From Callorhinchus milii (Eukaryota), in contig NW_024704772.1 in NCBI RefSeq assembly GCF_018977255.1, positions 62,001 through 126,000 of the forward strand: DNA of 64,000 nucleotides, given 5' to 3'. Under the pieces are notes generated by a model, which saw nothing but the letters and a program-made list of their open reading frames with translations, was not told the DNA's origin and did no database searches. Below, in pieces: positions 22,027-33,808 of the stretch (the first letter of the stretch is position 1; every line of letters begins with the position of its first letter). The translations under genes and the position numbers were made by a program.

Positions 22027-24332
22027 TCATAACTCATTCCGTGTTTTTGTGATCCTTGGTCCTTTACGGAGTTCTTTCCTTTTATCTTCTTTTTTNCTTC
22101 TCTTTTCCTCGTCTTTCAAAGCCTTTTGGAACACGTCTGTGCTGTGGATAAACTGGGACAATGGAAGGCAAGGGATCAACAAAAGCATTTTTATATATGT
22201 CGACATTTTGAAACATCTCAAAGGGGAAACATTGCCAAGTGCACAGACATGCTTTTTTGGGACAAAAATCACAGATGGGAACTTCTCAGCATATATTGTG
22301 ATATCTCTATAATATCTTTCTGATTAATCTGCTCAAGTTTTCCAGCCAATGACAACCTAAGTTGTAATATCAACAGGACACCTTGCGAATAAGACCAAAT
22401 AAGACCTGTGGGTGGGGGGGCGGGGAACAACATGCACATCAGTAACGGGACAACGAGGAACATGCACAGGGTCTGAGGGTTAAAGTTAAATTGGACTTTG
22501 ATAATCTGTCCCAATGGCCTGTTTCTGTGCTTTGACTATTATTCCATAAGATAAACATTTCTCTGAGAACATCCTTGATTTAAAAGTGCATCCTACCTCT
22601 TTCTCGTCTTTAAATGGATTCTTGTAGTCGGCTGATTTCTCACTGATCCCCAGCTCCTGAGCCATCTGTGGAGGAAAAGGAAAAACAGAATAAATACTGA
22701 GGTGTTGAAACTCACAGTACTTTATTTTGCTGCAATTTCATGTTCATCTCCCGTACACAGAGAAGCAACCATAGAAAAGACTCTGCTCTCACCAGGCTGA
22801 GCAGCTGTGTATGGGGACCCAGGTCGAAAACCCCTGTCTGATTACAGAAACTGATTCCCCAGCGGATGAGGCTGTTCCAGTTGGAGTTGTGGTCAAAGTA
22901 ATGGTGGACGATCTTAGGAAAACGCAATGTCACATCCCCGAAGAACGCTGTGTTTTCAACAATGTGTGAATAAGCTGGAGAACAAGGCAGAATGTTAAAT
23001 AAAATTAATGACTACGAGGGAAGGGAGGGCAGAGAAATCTATTCAGCACATTGGCAAAAGCCTTGGTTGCTTCAGAGACAATTAGAAAGTACTTGGGTCA
23101 AGCGCTTTGAGATTCCTTAATGACGTGATAATGCGCTATATCAAATGCAAGATGATGATTATTATTATTACATGCCCTGCCCGTAATGGGCAGATCTCTG
23201 AGACAATAATAATAATCTGGCAGAAACCAGAACCACACCAACGTCCGAGCAATGTGTAGCACATCGCAAGATTGCAAACTATCCACCGTCTCTGAGCAAT
23301 GATGTAAAAAACTGTGTTACAAAAATCATTTAAGGAAAACAATATTCAGCAATATACTGGACAAACCATCTTTCAGCTTTTCATCCCTCGGGAAGGGACC
23401 ATTAGGTTGGATGTCACCAGCTGTCAAGACACTTCTAGAATCTTCCAGAACCTGAGATAAATAAAAATCAGATTGTGTTTTCACCATTTTTTTGAAAAGT
23501 CAACATTTTGCAACTTTTACAAAATTATTTTTTTGTCTTCAGCTTGTTCATAATTTCTGTGTCATTTTATTATTACAATCAATAAGCAGCACAGACACAC
23601 TGAGGAACAGTCAGTGTTCTTGGTCTCAGAGTCGGTGTCGATCACTGACAACTCACACAGTCCCCTCGGGAGCGGGGGATGTAGGGGGAAGTGATCTCTC
23701 TTGACTCACCTTGAATAGTCCTTTCAACATGATGTCAATGATCTTGTACTGCTGGTTAATGTCATTCAATTCAATCATGTTCTTCAGCGCATGCATCTGG
23801 TCTTTGCGTTTTGTTTCAAAAAGTTTTTTATCTAAGATGAGGCACCAATCAGGAAAACGCACACGGATAGAGACAATACAATTCAATTCCTACACTTTCC
23901 TGAAATCCTAGTGCAACACGATTGCTACTGCGCTAAATCCTCACTGTATAGAAAACACCGGCTCTGCCAAGGTCACTTGTGTGACCATCATGATGGAACT
24001 GGTTATGATGTACAACATTCTTCACCCTAAAGGTACACTGCAGACAATTTCATTTGCTGGAATTCAATCTCCCTTCAATGGCTACTAACACATTTCATAC
24101 ATTCACACGTTCCCCTTCCTACTTCAGGACTGCACTAGGCATTGATATTTCTGGTGAATTAAGAGTCAGAAAAAAAAAATATATAATATATAATCTAATA
24201 CAGCGAGAACTCATCATTGGCATCGCCAGAAAGGATACAAATTTCCAAACTTGAATCCAGGCTTTCTTTTTGACAGTTGACTGGAATTGTCCACAAGCTC
24301 AGCACAATCACACAGACCTGCAGCACATCCAT
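22027..24332 (-). CDS. CCDC134: Coiled-coil domain-containing protein 134 (ER-resident), 6 coding exons, about 225 aa
   Basis: Exons 24332-24239, 23831-23710, 23451-23367, 22974-22793, 22665-22597, 22152-22027. Signal peptide [20 protein letters not shown], then [20 protein letters not shown] and [25 protein letters not shown]; C-terminal RNEL (KDEL-like). One N at 22096. Confidence 0.95.
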
Positions 24333-24919
24333 GCCGAGGAGATGCTTTAGAGAAAAATAACACCTTAGTTAATCAATAATCAAGCAGGGTGGGACCTATT
24401 ATAATCTTACTGCATAACACATAGTATCTATTCTGTCTGAACTCAAACTACCCTCTCTTTAACTCCAATCAGTGAATTACACACACTGATTCAGTAGAAA
24501 ATAGAAATGTCACATTGCTTTTCCGTAGAGCTGCTGACTCATCAAGGAAAGCGCACAGGAGACCAGCCCTGAGCCCCGAACAACTGTGCAGTATTTCCAC
24601 TTTCCCTTGTGCCACCAAATTCACCTTCCTTTCTGGCAGAAAGTTCTCTGGACAGCAATCAGGATTGGAAGTCTGGCAGATATTCCCCTCTGCAGAAACC
24701 CAGCCCCACAAGGAGATGTGATGGTAAAACTTTCCAGTCAACGTTCACTAATCAAGCGCTCTGGGATGCTACCCTGCGTGAGGGGCACTATATAAATGCA
24801 AGTTGTTGTTGTAATCAGACTCCTATACTTCTCAACCTTCATCCTGTAGGATATGTTACAATCCAATATTCATACACATCATTCCAATGAAGACATCTGC
24901 CATTCCTGCGTCCATAATA

Positions 24920-25272
24920 ATATATTAATAATAATCCTTGCACTTGATGTAGCGCCTCATCACATCGTGGAAATATCCCAAAGCGCTTCACAGGATACAC
25001 TGTAAAGCCAACTGACTGTATTTTGTGGGAGAAACGCAGCAGCCAATTGCGTACAGCAGCGTCTCCACAGACAGTCGTGGATTGAGTGGCCACGTTATTA
25101 TTTTTTTGAAGGGATTATAACCCCTGGAAAGGGATCTGCCAATCGACTAACACGCGGGTTCCTCCTGACTGCTGTAAACAGCTGCGTGTGTGCGAGTGAG
25201 GAAACTTGTGCAGTGTTGCACCCTCTCCGGGAGTCGAACCCGGGTCCTCTCGCTTGTGAGGCAAATGTGTTA
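24920..25272 (-). mobile_element. tRNA-headed SINE, full length
   Basis: Head gtagctcagtgtttaacac...gggttcgactcccgg (A/B boxes), body shared with the other copies, tail atcaagtgcaaggattattatt. Confidence 0.85.
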
Positions 25273-25327
25273 AACACTGAGCTACTGTAATTGATCAGAT
25301 TCCCCGTGAACACCATTATCAGCTACA

Positions 25328-26003
25328 AACAGTCACTGCACCACGGTGAACAGTCACTACACCACGGTAAACGGTCACTACACCACGGTAAACGGTCACT
25401 ACACCACAGTGAGCAGTCACTACACCACAGTGAGCAGTCACTACACCACAGTGAGCAGTCACTACACCACAGTGAGCAGTCACTACACCACGGTGAGCAG
25501 TCACTACACCACGGTGAGCAGTCACTACACCACGGTAAACGGTCACTACACCACAGTGAGCAGTCACTACACCACAGTGAGCAGTCACTACACCAGTGAG
25601 CAGTCACTACACCACAGTGAGCAGTCACTACACCACAGTGAGCAGTCACTACACCAGTGAGCAGTCACTACACCACAGTGAGCAGTCACTACACCACAGT
25701 GAGCAGTCACTACACCACAGTGAGCAGTCACTACACCAGTGAGCAGTCACTACACAGTGAACAGTCACTACACCACAGTGAACAATTACTACACCACAGT
25801 GAGCAGTCACTACACCAGTGAGCAGTCACTACACCACAGTGAACAATTACTACACCACAGTGAGCAGTCACTACACCACAGTGAGCAGTCACTACACCAC
25901 AGTGAGCAGTCACTACACCACAGTGAGCAGTCACTACACCACAGTGAGCAGTCACTACACCACAGTGAGCAGTCACTACACAGTGAACAGTTACTACACA
26001 GTG
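25328..26003 (+). repeat. 21-bp minisatellite in CCDC134 intron 1
   Basis: cagtcactacaccacagtgag x about 32, with occasional 18/19-bp variants. Confidence 0.97.
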
Positions 26004-26039
26004 AAACCCCGGGACGAGGATTATTATTATTATAATAAG

Positions 26040-26340
26040 TCACGGGAGGCCGTCACAGGCTCAGAGCTCCGCACTGTGAGGGTGAGCCCCGGGGCCTCCC
26101 CGCCGCCCGCACACACTGACTGACCGCCGGGCCCGGACCCGCGCCGCAGACACCGCTGTCCTGACTCATGTCCCGGCTGCACACTTCCCGCCCGGCGCCG
26201 GGAATCACTGCGCACGCGCGGTCGCGCACTGTATCATGGGAATTGTAGTCTTTCCCCGGGCGGGAATGCAGCGCATGATTGGTCAGTGGCTTGTGACGCA
26301 CCCGGAAACCCGCCCGGGCTCTGGCCACGTGTCACTTGTA
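26040..26340 (-). promoter_or_regulatory. CCDC134 CpG-island promoter and non-coding exon 1
   Basis: Candidate donor GCG|gtcagt at 26125/26124; ZNF143 motif ACTACAATTCCCA (minus strand, about 26237-26249); CCAAT (minus strand, 26278-26282); GCCACGTGTCA at 26324-26334. Confidence 0.7.
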
Positions 26341-27049
26341 AATGACAAGTTGACACCATTCAGACATTAATCCAATACAATCCAATAAAAAGGCAATATG
26401 ACTGTCAGGCTGTACTTGTACAAAATAAATGCTCAGTTGAGACTTTCCTGAAAAGTGCCTCATCAGGTCTTTGAGACGTCTGAAAGAATACACCGTTAAG
26501 TGAAATCACTGGACATTTTGTGGGCAAAACGCATCAGCCAATTGCACACGGCAGTGACCAACACTGAGTGACAAAATTATTACTTTTTTTTAAGGTATTA
26601 CCTCCGGAAAATCAATCTGCCAATCGACTAACAACCAGGTTCCTACTTGTTACTTGTAAAACAGAGGCATGTGTGTGGTGTAATGAAGCTTGCCAAAAGT
26701 TCGACCTGACGAGAATCAAACCTAGGTCTTCTCGCTTGTGAGATGAAAATTATGGGTGTGACCAGTTATTTGAAGGAATGTTAGGTGTAAACAAAAGTAA
26801 TATGGAATGATTTTGGAAAAAATGTCCTTTTTAACAAATTAATTGGGAATAAGATTCATATTCAACTCCGTAGCTTTTTAACAGTATGGGACATACACCA
26901 ATCAATGTATTTGGATGAATATTCGAGTCACTAGACTGAAATTGTTTACATGGTGTAAGGAAAACTCTCAGTCCATTAATAGTAATTAACAAATGACAAT
27001 CTTCACGCTAAAATAAATGAGACATTTACATCTTGTTTTAGTCCATTAA

Positions 27050-30000
27050 TTTATTTGTCCCCAACACCATCTAACAATCCAACTGCATAGATGACTTGTT
27101 TCAGGTCAGAGACATTCGTGAGCCAATTACAATAAAGTGCACAGATGTTTTTATAGCCAATGTTGAAATATGTTTGCTTTGCTGTGAATAAAATCAAAAA
27201 TCTTCCTTTCTTCCAAAATTCAAGTTCTTATCTACAGCACAAACTAGTTACAATCTGGATTAACGGCCACAAATTGTGGGTTTCGTGTGAAGATATGAGT
27301 TACTCCCGTCTCCAGCAGCAAAAAATATCCAGCAGCAAAGAGTTATGGATCTTTATTGGCGACACCACACTAGCTTTGTACATTGCATTGACAATCATTG
27401 TATGAGAATCTGACAGCACAGACTGAACCCAAACTGACTATATTGCCTTGATCGACTGAGGCACATTCGAGGTAGTAATCCAACAGTCAAGTTACATCAC
27501 ATCAACTCAAGCCTAATACTTGTATTCTAATGAATGGCACATTATGTTGACCAAAATGGAATCATTATAAGCTTAGCTGTACACTGGGAACTCTAGTTGC
27601 CTCAAAAGCTTGCACATGTGGAGCTACACAAGCAACACAAGACACAACACCAACATATTTGGAATAAAAGTTGATTTTTCTTTCAGGGGCTGTTCTTTGG
27701 GGCCATTATTCAAAGCAAGTCTTGAGATAGAGTGCGAGTCGGCTATTCAAACGCAATCAGCTGAGTTCAATGATATCTATATCAGATGTCAATTTGAATG
27801 CACCTTCAAACAGGCCTTTGGATAGTTGTTAGGAACCAGAACTTTGATTTTCCTTCCCAACCCATGGGAACTGTAGCCAATTATAGCCCAAACTTTTGTG
27901 CTAACTTGGTGAATATTTAGATTTGAACTGGTTTGTAGCCCAGGGTTGAACCAGAGGTGTCTTTACCCCATTAGAGCCACGGGGGTGCGAGGTAGAACAT
28001 AAATTTATTCTGTTGTTACAGAAATTTCTTTGACTCTCAGAATAAGTAACAGGGTCAGTGCCACCCACATCAGAATCAACATTAAATCCATGATATTTCA
28101 TAAGATGCCCCAAGGTTAGCCAATGAGTGAGCTGGTCATCGCAGAGAAACAAAACAGAAATTAGTAACAGATTGAAAATTGTAAAATATTAGCACAAATG
28201 TTGGCAATAGCCTCCCTGTACCTGATCTTGCTGATTGTAATGAGAGGCAGGACGATGGATTTGCTCACCTGATGAATCTGGGAAACTTGGGCTTTAGCAT
28301 TAAGTTTGACCTGGACATTTGCTTTTTCTGAAATAAACACGAATTTCCAGTTGGGACTCTGACAGTTTCAGCCCATGTACTTCACCTATTTGAGATGACA
28401 GGAATGAAATCCCAGGGGTTTTAAGTCTAAATGTCAACTGGAGTTTCTGGGCTGAGAGTCAGATGCCTATTGACACCCAGATGGAAAAGCGAACAGAGCA
28501 ACAATAGCAGTTTTACACTGAGGAAGCTTTTCACAACCATCATTAATAAAACTTTTCTACGACTACATTTCTTCATCTGGCCAAAGAAGCCTCTTTATAC
28601 ATATGTTAAACAAATCCTTCAATCTGAACGAGACAGTGTTGTAGCTTTGGCAGCTCTATGTGGTCAGACTTGTCCTCGCCCTCACTCCCTCCCTCAGTAA
28701 TTTCTGCTGAAAGCTGGACAAGCTCTCTGGTGTGTTATTTCCTTTTGCAGTAATGAAAGCCTCTCATTGGGTTAGAAATCACATTCATCACAAGCGACTG
28801 CATTCAGGAAGCGTAACGACATCACTCATGTCTGTGATTACTTATGTAAATGCTTTAAAGACAACCACTAGGAGTACTTTAATTATACAACTCACTGAAC
28901 AGCAATGCTGACAAATAGCTTGTCATTTTCCACAGGGTCTGAATCCTTAAGACGTGGAGTAAGCCGAGTTGAAAGTATTTAACCTCCACAGTACTGTTCC
29001 CCTTTAAGGTGTAATTATCTGGACATAAATATAACATGAAGAGAAGCAGCTCATGTGATTGTTCAGGAGCCTCCAGCCATAGGTGTCAATTCTCCCCCAG
29101 CCATTACTGCTGCAGATACGGGGTTACAAACATTAGCATAAAGACACTACAACACAAACCAGACCAAAAGTAAAGCTAAGAGATATAAAGCATGGGCAAT
29201 GAAGGCATAAAACCATTAATGTTTCTCTACATTGGTAATTACTACAATACAGACAGACAGGTTGACTTGAGAACATTTGTAGCCTTCATATGAAGAAAAA
29301 TGTAAACACTTATGAAGTCTTTTTGTGTGTTTCATAATCGGTCACAAAGTTATCATTTTCTTACTACAGAGCAGTGGCTATTAGTCTGCAGGTGCAGAGG
29401 ATGTTACACACAAATCCCATTTATGAAAGTTGCAGCATTTATCTGAATTCAGCTAAAAGCATGTCTGATCCAAGCAGAAGTTTGAGATGTACCAAAGCGT
29501 ACACCATATTCATTCCATGGTATATCACCATGACAAAACAATATTTAAATTGCTAAATCATGCCCCAATATTCTCAAATAATAACAATAATCTGTATTCA
29601 AAACTATACATGATCACATCTTGTCTAGCTTCACCTAGAGACAGCAGCACATTTAACAACTTCAATTACTTTTAAGAAGAATAAAGTGTTTTCCATTTTT
29701 GTTCAGATTGAATTGCTAAACAAAAGGTCTTGGAGAGAAACAGCCAATTTGTGAGTTTATACCTTGTTTACACCAGTTAGTTCTGTGTAAGCTACGACCC
29801 ACATACAAACACAGTCGAGTCAGTACCTCAGTAATTCAGCTGGAACGATACCTGAGAATAGTGACCGTTCCATACAGGCTGGTCTTCCTGGGGTAAGATT
29901 TTGTAGAATGTTTGAAAAACTAATGGCTAGTGGCCAAATGGGTTAGGTCATTCCCATTTTCATTGTTTAGGTTTTTTCGTCTCTTCCTGATCCTGAGACT

Positions 30001-31398
30001 GAAGGACATTGTTGGAGAGAGAAATCCGTATCATTACAGTTAGCAACAAGACACTGCCCTTGTGCACACTCTAACAGCTCACTGTAGGGCTCTTGCCTTG
30101 CATAGCTCCATCGACTTAAGCTTAATTTACCAGGATTTCCTCATGGGAACTTTGGAATGTAGTTCACATTTTTCTGATCCTTGAGATTAATAATTAAAAA
30201 GTTCAATCAATCAAATCTCAATCAAATTGCAAGTTTTCCTTGTAAGGTAAAGAAGCTATGTTGCTAGCACAAAATCAATCCAAATTGAACAGAATACAAT
30301 GGAAATAGGTGACGGCGAATTGTTTAACTTAACGTTTATAAGACAGTCGATTTATTCAACTAAAGCATAAAGATATGACAGACCACATCGCTGAATGAAT
30401 GACAACAAAGTAAAGTGGAATCCTGAATGGTTAATTTAGAATCAAACCAATCGTCTGAAGTCTTACAGAATCTTACCCAGGAGCTGTGCCTTTCATAATT
30501 CTGTGCAGATTAACTTGTAACTTGCGGGTTAGTGCATACCATTCCCTGACACCTCAGCTGCCATATTGACGAATGCAAATGGGTTTTAGTAAATGGACTA
30601 AAACAAGAGAAAATTGCTAAACAAAACAAAACCACGACAAATTTATTGAAGTTCATGCTATGCTATCGTCAATTATACACCATTTCTCTCCCCTCCCCAA
30701 TCGAGCAATGAGACCAGGAGATAAAGTAAAGAAGTGAAATTGAGCTACTTACGAGCAGCAATTTGTTTTTCACCAAATGGGAGACCTGGACATTGCAAAA
30801 ATCTTGTGAGGGAAAAGGTTTGAACAAACAGCATCCTGGACACCTCAGACATGCTGCCGTGTTCACGAGAGACAGTCACCCACTCCAATATGGCAGAACC
30901 AGGGAGAGATCATCACGCTCAGAGATCTCGTAAAGCAAACCAGGAGACAGCGATCATGATTGGTCAAGTCACTGAACCACTATCACGATCCTTGGGTTAA
31001 GAAACTTCAAAAAAATTCAAAAAATAATTTAAATGACACCAGAGAACATTCCTGGTTTGGGACGAGAAAAGAAAATAATTTGCTTTAGAGACACATTAGG
31101 AGCTGATAGGCTCTTGTATCCCAAATTAAATTGTAATGAGTCACGTTATAAAGCTACCTGGTCTGTTGTAAGTTGGCAGGAGCCTCAACAACAAGGGTTA
31201 TTTATTCAGCTTTTATTCTCCGAACAACTCTCGTGTCCTCTCCACCAAATATCCTAAACATGGTGTATTTCACTTACAAACGGCTACTCTGGGGTTTGCT
31301 GAGCCACTCGCAGAAGCGAGAGGCTGGATATGCTATGAAGGGCGATTGCGGAATTTGTCTTCAGACTTTGCAGTCGAGGCTGAGAGAGATGGAACATC
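27050..31398 (-). other. Probable long TOM1 3' UTR (up to about 4.3 kb)
   Basis: AT-rich, repeat-poor and ORF-free stretch after the TOM1 stop; AATAAA (minus strand) at 31212, 30642, 30351 and 27050-27055. Confidence 0.6.
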
Positions 31399-33777
31399 TC
31401 AGAGTGAGAAGAGGGCGTCCTCTGTCTTTTCCTGCTTTGTCTTTTTGGATGTGGCCAGTGACCTGGGCGGCTCTGAGGGAGGAGACGGGAGCGTGGGGAG
31501 CATCTCCGCGGCCTTCGCTCGCTCTTCAAGGAACTTATCGAATTCTATCAAGAAACAAAGTCATTGGACAAAAGGCAAACTTTCTGTATTCATTTCTTGT
31601 CTGAACCATTTACTGTTTGAGAAACATCCAAACACATTCCATTGCAACTCTTTAGTGTAGACTGGTTCAGGACGACACATGTGAGACTATCGCACTTGCA
31701 CCAACAATTCCATGTCAGAAATCAGGATTTTTTAAATATAGTTTGTTATTCTGACTTCACCCCCACCCAGTGAAACATCTTAGTAAACAGCAAATGACAG
31801 GATAAGATTAAGCTGCAGAAATAGCCTTTCCGACCTCGGTTTTATCAGCACATGAATTATTGATGCCCCATTAACCAGAGGTTTGCAGAGTTGCCAAACG
31901 TTGACTAAAGGCAAATCACAACTTAATAAGTTAACTGGAATCGGTTGTGAGTTATTAATTGGTCGATGACAGCAACAGGATTAGTTTCGTATAAATGAAA
32001 CGTGATTTGTGGACAATGTAAACATCCCTGGGATAAGGAAATGTGTGTTACCTAGCAACAGAATTACCTGGATGGATGCACAGAACATTATTGAAGTAAA
32101 AATCATTACCTTCACTTGTTACACCTTCAGCATCATCTCCCAATTCATCTTTCTAAATTTAAAGAGCCAGAAAGATAATTAATTATTCCTCAAACTTGTC
32201 AAAATAACGGGACTATTTTGTTTTGCTTTTGTCTCTTCTGCAAACAGAGCTGGCATTATAATTCTTTGGATGCAATAAAGTCAGACATTAGTGAAGGTGA
32301 ATGTGACAAATCTTCCACTGCAGAAACAAACAACACTGCAAGACGCAATCAAAATCAGAAGTCCCAATTCAGCTGGTGTGATGGTAGAGAAAGTTAATGG
32401 ATGTCCACAGTCAGTATCATGTGCAGGTCCCGATGAAAGGAGACAAGATAAATTAAAGTCAGTTTAACTCAAAAACAATCTTCCCCCTTCAAATATATGC
32501 AAGATATACAAACCCCAGGCAATACAATGTTTCTAGATGTGCTTCTAAATCAGGACAAGTGCCAGCACTAGTTATTCTAGTTCTGCCTCAGGAATGTGTA
32601 CAGTGGAGATTTGCTGCTGTCTAGTTAAACCCTAATGGAATCTGCCATTAAAATAAAAAAAATCAATGAAAACAAAATACAATTCTCACCACATCTGTGG
32701 ACAGCCACTGTTCAATGTCTTCCATTAGACAGGCCTGAGTCACAGGAATCTGTTGTACATAGAAGGGTAAGGGCAGCAGCATATTAAACACAATAAAAAT
32801 AAATTAAAATAAGATAAACACACAATAAAGATAAGGTATGAAATTCATTTTCTTAATTAATTTTACATAAATAGGGCTAGCAATGAATTTCTGATGAGAA
32901 CCTGAATTATCATCAATTTTTCCTAACTTTGTCTCATCACAGTGATAATAGTTTAAAACAATTGTGATTTAGGCAAGTTTTCAATGTGTTTAATAGTTTT
33001 GTTATGTGTGATGGAGTCCAGGATGGTGGCTGAGAGCTGCCTTCACTACAATAGCGTTGATCTGCTTTCTCTTTTGCAACATGAAGTGCTCTATCATTTA
33101 GTTTTTAGTCATTGTTTTAAACAATGCGGTCATTATTCATGCTGAATTCTGCACTTTTGTAATAATGAATTTCATACGTTATTTCAAAACATAATTTTAA
33201 AAAAATCAACTTCAACCAAACACAAAGCTGATCAGAGAATTGAAAAATAATCAGTCAAATAAAATCAGAACAAGCAGAAATGAAGAGCATAAATGAAGAG
33301 CTGGACTGCAAGGTGAGAGATACGAAGCAAGGGTTTAGACAGCCATGTGAATATACACTGGTCCATCAGTCAGACACCTGCCTGCCCCTAGTGAACACAA
33401 GCCCTGTATGTATCTCACACACCAGGTGCTCGCTAACTCCACACCACACAGGTCTGCTGGTCTGGCTAACACTCTCTCTGTTCCCCATCAGTCACGCAAC
33501 CACTTACCATCAGCTTTCATTCTACAACTGAAAAAAAACTTACCTGAAACACAGAGGGACAAGCAATCCCATTTAGCCCAAGTGATTAACTGTGTAAAAC
33601 ATGCCCAGAGCATCAATCACCAGAGCAATCCACACACACACACAGATCTACACATCTACACACACAAATCTACATACACACATCTACACATTCACCCCGA
33701 TTTACACAAACACCCATCTACACATACATACACACACCCCTACACACATACACATCCCCATACACCCCCCCTCCCGC

Positions 33778-33808
<31 letters not shown>

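Noticed and set aside
25328-26003. CRISPR-like appearance of the regular 21-bp array
   Set aside because: Head-to-tail repeats with no unique spacers, no cas genes and a vertebrate context.
26400-31398. Searched for HMOX1 or another gene downstream of TOM1, as in human
   Set aside because: No heme oxygenase-like or other convincing exons seen; the region looks like 3' UTR plus a SINE remnant.
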